A stretch of DNA of 20,000 nucleotides, taken from positions 109,562-129,561 of the forward strand of contig NGBS01000599.1 of assembly GCA_002245135.1 (NCBI GenBank). The letters run 5' to 3'. Under the pieces are notes generated by a model. The model ran no database searches and was not told where the DNA came from. It saw nothing but the letters and a program-made list of their open reading frames with translations. Below, in pieces: positions 1 through 9,428 of the stretch; position 1 is the stretch's first letter, and each line of letters begins with the position of its first letter. The stretch is from Proteromonas lacertae. Taxonomy: Eukaryota. A program made the position numbers and the translations under genes.

Positions 1-1514
1 GCTTAGAAATATATTTATATAAATAATTCTTTTATCATTTATTATTGGTAATAAATCTTGCCTGCATATTGTGTCATTTAATCTAAATCTATGAGGATTA
101 TCTTGAAATATAATTATTCCATCTGTTTTGTTAATAATGTTTTGTATAAAGAATTTAAAACCTTCTTCAAATTTATATTTATTTGTAAAAAGAAATTGAT
201 AGTCTACATACAATGATATTAAACACAAATTTATTCTCTTTATATTATGAAGGTAATTAGTTAATTGTTTGAAATTCTTTTCTAAATTAATAATCCAAGT
301 TTGTATATATAATATTTTATCTATTTTATAATTACTCAATAAATTAATTATAACAGATAAATACTGATCTAGATGAGAATCACCTATTAAAATCAGTGTT
401 TTATCATTAAATACTACATTATTTATATTATAATTACACTTTTTAGGTGTTGTACAAAATTTGTTATTGTTGTTTAAAATATTCATTTGATTTCTTTCAA
501 TAACTTTTATTGATTTTAATAAAGATACTAAAACAATAAAAGTAATTACAACGCACAAAGAGTTTATATATCTGTAATAATAAATATATCTCAATGGTAA
601 CTCTAAATATGTGTATAAAATGTATGAAATCAAAAGAAGCTTAATTATTATAATAGAAAGACTATTATTGTTGCGAATAATTGGATAATGAAATAAATAT
701 AGAATATAAGACATACTTCCAATTTTATCTAATATTCTGCTTCTAAATAACTCATCATTCTTTCGTATTAATAGTTGTGAAGTTAATATTGTAGGTAATA
801 GTGCTATAAAACCAGGAAATTTCATTCTATTGAATATTCCAATTATATATGAAGAAATAATTAAAGAACAAACTATGACTTTTGATTCTAAATAGCAATT
901 TAAATTCGCTTTGCTTACTATACATCCTAATAGTATTTCCCATGCTCTGTTACTAAGCAAATAATATGATGATGGATTATTTAAATATGTTGATATTATA
1001 CATTTTATAAAGCTTATTCCAAATAATAGAATGATTATCTCAATCACATTATTAAAATGAAAATAGAAATAAGGATATATAAAATAAAATTGTTCTTCAA
1101 GTGATAATGACCAATAGTTTAGAATAATTGGAAGATTTTCACTTTGAAAATAGCTGAATGTTACTTTGTAGTATCTAATATTTGAAATACATAACAAACA
1201 AGAAATAATATCATAATAATGTCTTATTTCATTGTAGCTATTTTTATCAATTGTAGGATGATAATAATAATAGCATATCAAACAACAAATACTGGAAGGA
1301 AATAGTCTTTTTATTCTTCTTGAATAGAATTCAAAAATTCCATTGTATGATTTAGTGAATTTAAATAAACTAAGTGTTATTATATAGCCAGATATTACAA
1401 AAAAAATATCTACACCTATAAAACCACCGGGAATATAATTACTGTTATAATGATAAATAAAAACTAAAAAAAAGCAACAGATCTTAATTCTTGTATATCA
1501 TTTCTATAATTCAT
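1..1514 (-). CDS. OafA/YrhL-like acyltransferase 3 fused to an SGNH domain (O-acetyltransferase); 3' end runs off the window; one frameshift near the start
   Basis: Manual translation (absent from ORF track): MNYRNDIQELRSVAF.., PGGFIGVDIFFVISGYIIT, FYSRRIKRLFP, NYWSLSLEEQFYF, RAWEILLG, FPGFIALLP, GSMSYILYLFHYP, ELPLR, then LILIGDSH (SGNH block I). Open from ~1465 to base 1. A single missing base in the A8 run at 1466-1473 separates the ATG (1514) from the rest. Confidence 0.9.
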
Positions 1515-1534
1515 GACATAGATAATTAAAATAG

Positions 1535-2152
1535 ACAATTATTATTCCTTATTTTATTCTTTTATTTATATTATATTATGTATATACAAATAAGTTATAT
1601 CATTATGAATTAGTCATAGCCTTCATATCGTGCAACAGATTATTTTATCTAAATTTAAGTATTATAAGTATATATAATCATTTCAATGATTATGATAAAA
1701 GAATGAAATATACTATAATAAATATTGATCAAGGTACTCCTAACAGAGAATTTTTATTTTCATATTATAATCTTAAAAATATCTTTTATTTAAACCCAGC
1801 AGGATATGCTAATTCTTTTCGTTTGTTATTTTCTTATTTATACAAAAAATATATTCTTATTGTAGAAGAAGATTGGGTAATAATGAAGAACATAGAAAAG
1901 AGAATTAAATTTAGTAATTTTTTATATACAAGTATTATGATTCTATCAAATTCAGATTATATATATGGTTTGTATTTAAGACATCATCCCAAAGGCAACT
2001 CTACAAAAAGAAAGTATAAAAAGCTGAATATAACTTATTATGAAGTAATTCAACCTTGGAAAGGATTTTGTTACACAAATGGTGCATCAATTTATAAATC
2101 AATTTATTTAAAGAAAATGGATTATGCAGGTTCTGAGTTTCAAACTATTTGA
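1535..2152 (+). CDS. GT-A fold (GT2-like) glycosyltransferase, probably truncated or with a damaged start codon
   Basis: The frame of ORF 1703..2152 is open upstream to 1535: hydrophobic anchor TIIIPYFILLFILYYVY, then LVIAFISCNRLFYL, IINIDQG and ILIVEEDW (DxD-like). No in-frame ATG before 1703; 'aaaatagaca' at ~1528-1537 may be a damaged ATG. Confidence 0.55.
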   Translation, partial: TIIIPYFILLFILYYVYTNKLYHYELVIAFISCNRLFYLNLSIISIYNHFNDYDKRMKYTIINIDQGTPNREFLFSYYNLKNIFYLNPAGYANSFRLLFSYLYKKYILIVEEDWVIMKNIEKRIKFSNFLYTSIMILSNSDYIYGLYLRHHPKGNSTKRKYKKLNITYYEVIQPWKGFCYTNGASIYKSIYLKKMDYAGSEFQTI

Positions 2153-2186
2153 TCTTATTTTTTGTATTTGAGTATAACTTGTGATG

Positions 2187-2451
2187 GAGTGTTAAATTCA
2201 CAATAATATTCATATATTTTGTTTATGTTCATTTGCTCTTATGTTCTACACAAAAAGATCATGAAAATAATATAATATATTTAAGATAAATGACTTTAAA
2301 TATTAGAATATGAGATTTATACAAAGTAGTTTATATCACTAAATAAGGGTATATTCATATAGTTTAGATCATTGCAAAAACTATGGTGGTATTAGTTTTT
2401 GATGAAAATCATTAATCTCATATAGGCTCATTTTTCATATTGGCGCACAAT
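2187..2451 (+). repeat. Left arm of a long imperfect inverted repeat (pairs with 3775-4017)
   Basis: GAGTGTTAAATTCACAATAAT...TTATGTTCTACACAAAAAGAT...ATAGGCTCATTTTTCATATTGGCG matches the reverse complement of 3775-4017 with scattered substitutions and one ~20-bp indel. Confidence 0.9.
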
Positions 2452-2784
2452 AAACGTTGCACAGAAATTTTCCAACTCAATCTAGATGGTGTTTCAAAAT
2501 CATATATTAAGATAATATTCATAATGAAATGATTTTCATTACTATTTTTGTTTTTTGTTTTTGGACCATATGTTTAGCACTAACAGTTGCTATCCACATT
2601 TGTACAGCTCATATAGCAACCAAAACCCTTATCCTGTCAAACCGTTACATACAAATGGTAAGCTATCACATGCAATATATTAATCATGGAGAACCGAATA
2701 TTGCACATTCAGCAAGCTTCGTATGAAGACCAAATGTCAAACCAAGCTGCCCAATATCAATCTAGCTTATGACTAATAAATATA

Positions 2785-3542
2785 ATGTATTTAAATAATC
2801 CAAACAATAGAATTAATCACAAAATTTACTCAATTAAACATATAAATCAAATAAAAATAGAAAGTAATTTATATCCTAGATTATGGAGTTGTTTATATAG
2901 AATAGAAGATGAAATTCATAAATCTTCATATCATAGTCAATCTGGTGAAGATAAATTATTCTATGATACTAATTTTAAAAATAAATTAAATGGTAAATAT
3001 GTAGAATTAGGTGCATTAGATGGAATTATGTTTAGTAATACATATTTTTATGAACATTACCTTGGATGGTCAGGTATTTTGATTAAAGGAGGATATGATA
3101 ATTATCTTAAGCTTATTATCAATCAAAATCAAAGGCCTAGATCTCAAATTATATACAGAATTTAAAGCTTCAGGAGCAGTAGGTGGAATAACAAAAGAAT
3201 TACCACCTAATTGGTTTGAATTGGACAAACAACAATCAATCATAAAATCTGTATTAGCAACCTTTTAAACATTCACAAAATCAGTCATATAGATTTCTTT
3301 TCGTTAGATGTTGAAGGTTCAGAATTAAATGTATTAGAAACATTTTATTTTACATATATGTACATTTTTGGACAATTGAATTTAATAGCGATAAAGAATA
3401 TAAAAATAAAAAGGTAAGACAAATATTATCTAAAAATGGACTTACTCAATGTTTATTAAAATTGAGAAATAACAATGAGTGTTGGGAGGATAAAAAGTAT
3501 GAAAATAAAGTACAAGAGGTAATTGAAAAAGAAAATATTTAA
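2785..3542 (+). pseudogene. FkbM (Methyltransf_21)-family SAM methyltransferase, frameshifted and deleted
   Basis: YHSQSGED..NGKYVELGALDGIMFSNTYFYEHYLGWSGILI in ORF 2785..3165. A separate downstream segment gives HKISHIDFFSLDVEGSELNVLETF (~3276-3345). Likely original stop TAA at 3540-3542. Confidence 0.85.
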
Positions 3543-3774
3543 AGATCAAATTTTAGTGTTAAGTGTTAAAATTATTTATTATAACCTATGTTTCTTTACA
3601 TATTTCTTTAAATGTTGCTAAATTTCATATTACTTGTACCAGCCATCAAGTTTTGCATTTCTGTAACGACTCTTTCCTAAAACCATATTTTTTGTTGCAA
3701 AAACTTATTCGAACATCAAGCTCTTATTTTTTGATTTATAATTCCTCATAAAATTTCATCTCATAAACACACAT

Positions 3775-4017
3775 ATTGAGCGCCAATATGAAAAATGAGC
3801 CTATATTAGATTAATGACTTTCTTCAAAAACTAATACAACCATAGTTCTTTCAATGACCTAAAATATATTAATATAATATTGTATAAATCTTATATTCTG
3901 ATATTTAAAGTCATTTATCTTAAATATTTTTTACTATTTTCATTATCTTTTTGTGTAGAACATAAGAAAAAATGAACATAAACAAAATATTAGATTATTA
4001 TTGTGATTTTAACACTC
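3775..4017 (-). repeat. Right arm of the long imperfect inverted repeat (pairs with 2187-2451)
   Basis: CGCCAATATGAAAAATGAGCCTATAT...TTGTGATTTTAACACTC is the reverse complement of the left arm. Confidence 0.9.
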
Positions 4018-4294
4018 AATATTTATAAGATTTTATAATAAATGAAACTTTAGGGATATTACATTACCTCCTTTCGCATCGAAAGAAGTTGTGGATTTAT
4101 TCAATTATAAAATGTTTCATTAAAATATTAACTACTTCGAAATGTTTTGGAAAAACGTTATTAAAATAAAATATTCAGATTTTTACATATGGTCGATGAA
4201 CTATTTCTTTTCTTAGATATAAACTTCATAATACAAAGGACTGTTATAAAGAAATTCTTGAAAAGGCATAAGAATTGTATATCTATTATACAAC

Positions 4295-4355
4295 TGTTGT
4301 ACGCCGTTGGGAGATTTGCGCCGTTGGGAGATAAAAGACTTTTATTTAAAACTAA
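4295..4355 (+). mobile_element. Solo terminal repeat of a TGT-ended element related to the 10814 and 11360 termini
   Basis: TGTTGTACGCCGTTGGGAGATTTGCGCCGTTGGGAGATAAAAGACTTT..AAACTAA aligns without gaps to the 10814 terminus (40/61 by hand count) and has the same 17-bp-spaced internal direct repeat. Confidence 0.65.
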
Positions 4356-4471
4356 TATTATATTTATGATATTGGCGTGAAGTTATGTACAAATATATAT
4401 TTAGTTTTATAATGTATGAGAGACATGTTGATATCAACTATTAGAGTATCATATTTTATTTTAAAATGCAG

Positions 4472-5700
4472 TTATTAGATGACTTACCAATCTTAGAATT
4501 TGTAAGACAATTGCCTTAGAAGGTTTATGATTTTTAGATAAAGATAAGAGAGGTGATTTCAAGGTATGCGAAGATTTGTTCTATTTTGCAGATATGACAT
4601 ATTCAAATGTTCAAGAGGTGGTAGACACAATATTCCAAACAGATTAAAGAGATGATTCTTTATATTCAACTTGATTTTACCCACTATTACCATTTTGAAG
4701 ATGCTATGTAGCATTTAATGAGAGTTACTAGAGTATTAAATACACTAAGAGGTAAATCATTATTACTTCAATTATTAGCAGGATTAGATGCTCATATGTT
4801 AAGACTTATTCGAATATTTGAAGTTATTGTACAGAATGGCTGGTCCAGAAAGAAAGAATGTTACATTTATATTCCCTGATAGCGAAATTAAGAAAGAGTG
4901 TTTATTCGCAACAAAAGAGATATTTGATCAAGTTCAGTGAAACAACTACCAAGTTCCCAGCTGTTATTAGTGGTATAATATTGAATAGATGGGAAGCATG
5001 CGATGAATACTGAAAAGATGAATGAATTAAATACATCTGATACTAAGGTAAACTTAGGTTAAGAAAAAGCAACAGAAGACACTAGTAAATGTATTTCAGT
5101 CGCTTAAATGGCATCTCAATGTGAAGCTGATACTGAACGTATTTCAAAAGAAAAAGCTGCTTGACAATCTAATTTAGATAAAGCCCAATCATTCATAGAT
5201 AAAGCTATTGATGCTATTAACTCTATTTTACCAGCACATATTACCAAAATTATCAGATTGGTGTTTGATGGTTGTTGTTTATCCACATTGTTCATCTTTA
5301 ACATTGATGAATAATGCAAACTTCTACAATCATTTGGTGCTGGAGATGATAGTCCAAAAGATAAAATGAATGAAGAAAGTATAGAATTATTAGAATCATA
5401 TTTAGAGTTAGATAATTTACATCTGCTACTACTAAGACTGCTTCAGTAGCATCAAAGATTGTTAAACCAAAATTAAGATATTAGATAAACCATGTGAGTT
5501 TGATTTAGATCATTTCAGATTATATTTCATTACATTATTACCAAATCCACACCAGAATTTCAAGGTACTAACAACTGCTGATGTTACTAAGAAATCTATT
5601 AATGAGAAGAGAGGAAAATATCGTCCAGTTGATACAAGAGTTTCATGTTTATATTTCAGTATTGTAGATATGAGTAATTGCAATGTCATATATCAACTAT
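4472..5700 (+). pseudogene. Axonemal dynein heavy chain (outer-arm gamma/DNAH5-8-like) pseudogene remnants
   Basis: Collinear peptide pieces in shifting frames: DLPILEFVRQL, LDKDKRGDFKVCEDL (AAA3), KFPAVISG (AAA4), EKAA*QSNLDKAQSFIDKAIDAINSI, IIRLVFDG, PKDKMNEESIELLESYL (stalk/MTBD), KIVKPKL, INEKRGKYRPVDTRVSCLYFSIVDMSNCNVIYQ (AAA5 region). Confidence 0.8.
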
Positions 5701-5938
5701 AAGATGAATTATACACCCCAAATTCAACATTTAGATGTTTATACTTAGGGTTATAATAATTAATATAAGGAGGAAAGAGAAAAAATTGTAGTATATATTT
5801 GATGTACTAATGTATGAAATGAAAGAGAGAGTAATGTAATTACATACATTTATACTAATCTATTTAAATTCAATACAGTTAGTGAATGCATTCAATTATT
5901 AACTCTTGCTAATATATTTTCATATAAAATAGGAATTA

Positions 5939-7580
5939 CAGTGTTTTGCAACTTACTTATACAATATTTCATAATACTTATACGTAACGACATTTGTTGC
6001 AAAATAGATATACAAATCTCAAGCCTTTTCAATAATTTCTATTCTTTTATTTTACAATGAGCTTATATTATGTTGATACAACACAAACAATACAATTATT
6101 AAATATTCATAATATAAATTCTTTTATAATAGGCAAGAAGTATGGATAGAGCGTTATATATCTATCCTCTTCATAACAGTCCTTTGTATTTTGATATTTA
6201 TATCTTCAATAGTACTAAAGCATTCAGCTGGGCTGATTGTAGAAAATGCATTGGTTATACTTTCAAGTGTTTGATTTCTGTTCTGGTAAATAGATGTTTC
6301 AGCCCTTTTTTTCCATATACCAAAGATATTTTCTATTGGGTTAAGAGGACTGGAGTATTTAGCATTGAATAAGAGTTTATTACCAGATCCTTCAATCAGC
6401 ATTTTAACCTGATCTGAATGATGGATATTTACAATGTCCATAAAAAAGCAGAATTTACCCTTTGATTTTAGATCATCTAATAAGTATTTCAAGTATGTTG
6501 TAAATACCTCAATACTATTTGGTCCGTAAATGACATCACACCTATGAAAACCTAAATCACTCATAGTAGCTATAATTGTAATATCAGTAGCACCTCTAGC
6601 CATATGAACGATTGGTGTTGTTCCTTCGTCAGACCTTGCACGTCCATTTACAAGTCCCATACTTCAATGGGTTTCATCTAAGTAAATTGGACGAAAACCA
6701 TGTCTAGTATAGTATATTAATAATATAATAACTTCTATTCTTTCCTCTAGTAATGTTGGAATCATTTCTGGTGGAGCTGCTCTGGAATTGTAACGCTTTA
6801 AGGTAATGTTCTTACAGTTGTATTCTGTCATTCTTTTGTTGAGATGTGAAGATTTTTTCTTTTAAACCATTTAAATTGATAGTGTTGTTTTCTTTTACAG
6901 TATTTGAAAGCAATAATGACTCATGTTCTGTTAACTTACTGCAACGTCCTCGTTTAACGAACTTTTATCAATACACTGCCCTTTATTAAGGAGTCTAATC
7001 AATGCTTCTAACCTTTTTGGTTTAATTCCTGTAATTGATTGATATGACTGTAAGAGATATTCTCTTCCTTCTTTAGCATATACACGCTTCAGAATATCTA
7101 TTTGTGTCTGCGATACACTAACATATACTTTTTTTTCCCTAACTGGCTGATCTCTTTGCTCATGTGTTGGCTCAGCAACATTTGTTATTTCTAATAACTC
7201 TTCGTTAGTTAAAAACTCTTCTGGATTTGGCGCCAAAGCTTTATCACCTTTAGGAACAAACTCTACTGGTGGAGCTGATTGTATATAGTCATTGCGACAA
7301 TATGAATTGGTTGTATCAACATAATATAAGCTCATTGTAAAATAAAAGAATAGAAATTTGTGAAAAGGCTTGAGATTTGTATATATATTTTATTTTGCTA
7401 TTATATATATGTAATATGAAATGGCTTGATAAAAAGTATAAGTAATATGCAAAATGGTATAATAGTTATGCAATGGCGTGAATGATTTTTTTTGTTATGC
7501 AACGTGGTATATCTATTTTGCAACAAATGTCGTTACTATAAGTATTATGAAATATTGTATAAGTAAGTTGCAAAACACTG
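5939..7580 (-). mobile_element. Tc1/IS630-superfamily DNA transposon, 1642 bp, TA target-site duplication
   Basis: TA|CAGTGTTTTGCAACTTACTTATAC.. and ..GTATAAGTAAGTTGCAAAACACTG|TA. Outer IR 5939-6013 / 7507-7580; inner IR ~6008-6082 / 7310-7384. Encloses a DDE transposase. Confidence 0.95.
6154..7335 (-). pseudogene. DD34E transposase (DDE_3/IS630-like), disrupted
   Basis: N-terminal ORF 6931..7335, then a frameshifted middle containing PIYLDETH* (first Asp, then in-frame TGA), then FFMDIVNIHH..YSSPLNPIENIF with 34 residues between D and E. Confidence 0.9.
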
Positions 7581-8145
7581 TATTTAAAGAAATAGATGCA
7601 TTTTATTACGAATTGTGTAAAAGAAATGGAGATGATTATGAATATACACATTATACACATATTAACCATATTCGGTGATAAGAACTGCAACAACCACGTA
7701 ATTCCTTATTATTTCTACATAATATAGGGTACAATAGATATAATAACAGTTGTTTACCTTTAGCTGCATCTACTTGAAGATAAATCAGACAGTAAAGATG
7801 GTAAAATAATGAAAGAAAGTAAAAATGAGGAGAGTAACAACTAGATGTAACAACTCCAGAGATAAAATTACAAGGAGCCGAAATATTTATAAAAGATAAC
7901 GCTGATAGCTCAGATAAGGTTATTGTTGTAGCATTAAAAGAAAATGACTAAAAATTCTAAAATAAAGAAATTATTGTGGAACGATATAAGACCAATTTAC
8001 TTGTTAAAGTGATAATTGAGACTTGTTTATTGAATAGAAAAGAAATAAAAATAGTATTGAGATTATGTGGTGATGTAGAAGTTTACTCTGCTTTAAACAT
8101 ACAAAGGTTTGTATATCTTTTACTTTATTGAATGACCTATTTTAG

Positions 8146-8393
8146 AAAGTTATAGAAGTAGCTGTACAATATATGAAAAGATTAGTAGAAGGTTATGGAG
8201 GTAACTTTACTATAGATGTAAGAAATGCTTTAGAAAGCAAATTATTAAAGCATGATTCCAAAACATGAAGTAAATCATTCCAAATTCTTAGCTTGTCTCA
8301 ATGACTGGTAGTTTTATAGATGTATTAGTAAAAGAAGGTAAAGTAGTAGAAGAAGGTGCAAATTTAGCTATAGTAGAAGCTATGCAAACTGAG
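8146..8393 (+). pseudogene. C-terminal biotinyl-domain fragment of a biotin-dependent carboxylase (propionyl-CoA carboxylase alpha-like)
   Basis: ..SKFLAC-MTGSFIDVLVKEGKVVEEGANLAIVEAMQTE, a degenerate form of S-PMPG..V..G..V..G..LAIVEAMKME. Frameshifted, and the biotin-accepting Lys is lost. Remnants may extend upstream to ~7750. Confidence 0.6.
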
Positions 8394-8512
8394 AAAAAAA
8401 GACACATTGATGTTATTATGGATTTCTGATTTGTTTTTTAATAGGACGGCCAAACATAAAATATAGCAAAATAAACAAAGAAATTATATTAGTGACAATA
8501 TGGGGATTATTA

Positions 8513-9370
8513 TTATTCCGAATCGCTGGGATAACTTGATGAATCAGTGGACTCATCATCGCTGCTATAGGAAATGAGGTGATCATATTTATTATTGTGA
8601 TTATAGCTATTATTACTATTATCTCTAATTCTACTATCAAAATTCACTCTAAATTCATGATTATATAAATCGATATATAAAAATGAGTGATTACTCTGTT
8701 TAGTTGCATAATCATAATATGATTTGAAAACATCAAAATCGATCCATATATCTAAACTTGCATACAAATTTCTTAAATTAGCCATACTCAGGTTTTTGAA
8801 TACTAAACAATAATCAAGCTGTAAACGAACTGAGGGAGTAATGTCAGTGACATATTGACTTGATATAATTACTTTTGACTTGTAATGACGGTTTGACTTA
8901 AGTAATTTTGAAACGGATTTATTTCTTAAATCGAATGATATATCATCGAATATAAATATATTCTCTGGGTAATCATAATTATCTTTGTCTATATCTTTGA
9001 TATTATCTAATGCTGCATCCAATATATTGACTCTATCTTCATTCACTACTGAATCATAGCAATGGTACTTAATTTGGTTATACTTGAGCATATCAGTGAT
9101 TTTCTCATATATGATATCCTTAAATATGGTTGCAACGAAAAAATACACTACTTGGTCATATCCGTTTTTTAGCAAGTGTTGGATCATATTAAATATAAGT
9201 GTAGTCTTACCACTGTTTTTCTTAGCTAAAATAAATATGTTGCAGAAAGGCTCCTGAAAATAGTCATATCCAAGGACACTATCTTTGGAGCGTTTTCCAC
9301 ATCCTTTGACTACTGTCTCAACAGGATTTATGACTATGTTGTTTATTTTTTCTAAATTAACTTTACTCAT
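8513..9370 (-). CDS. A32-like (FtsK-HerA superfamily) genome packaging ATPase of Polinton/PLV type
   Basis: Walker A AKKNSGKTT, Walker B IFIFDD, NRHYKSKVIISSQ motif, C-terminal HSFLYID; 285 aa; directly downstream of the capsid gene. Confidence 0.9.
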   Translation of the reverse strand: MSKVNLEKINNIVINPVETVVKGCGKRSKDSVLGYDYFQEPFCNIFILAKKNSGKTTLIFNMIQHLLKNGYDQVVYFFVATIFKDIIYEKITDMLKYNQIKYHCYDSVVNEDRVNILDAALDNIKDIDKDNYDYPENIFIFDDISFDLRNKSVSKLLKSNRHYKSKVIISSQYVTDITPSVRLQLDYCLVFKNLSMANLRNLYASLDIWIDFDVFKSYYDYATKQSNHSFLYIDLYNHEFRVNFDSRIRDNSNNSYNHNNKYDHLISYSSDDESTDSSSYPSDSE

Positions 9371-9428
9371 AACAAAAATAACAAAAACATAATTATAAGA
9401 AATATAGCCGTTATCGATATTATTATGA

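Noticed and set aside
2460..2780. ORF 2529..2726 and a minus-strand IDIGQLG peptide resembling a SAM-binding motif
   Set aside because: Too short and broken to assign.
4302..4332. Short direct repeats (also 10820-10847 and 17087-17116) as a possible CRISPR-like array
   Set aside because: Only two units each with 3-6-bp spacers and no cas genes; better explained as protein-binding sites.
3563..4380. ORFs 3563..3751 and 4189..4380
   Set aside because: No recognisable motifs; the second runs through the 4295 terminal repeat.
7466..7693. ORFs 7466..7693 (-) and 7478..7678 (+)
   Set aside because: They straddle the Tc1 TIR and flanking DNA and show no motifs.
8107..8145. Possible 39-nt GT..TAG intron (also 4446-4471)
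   Set aside because: Plausible, but unverifiable in decayed pseudogenes with no intact frame to test against.
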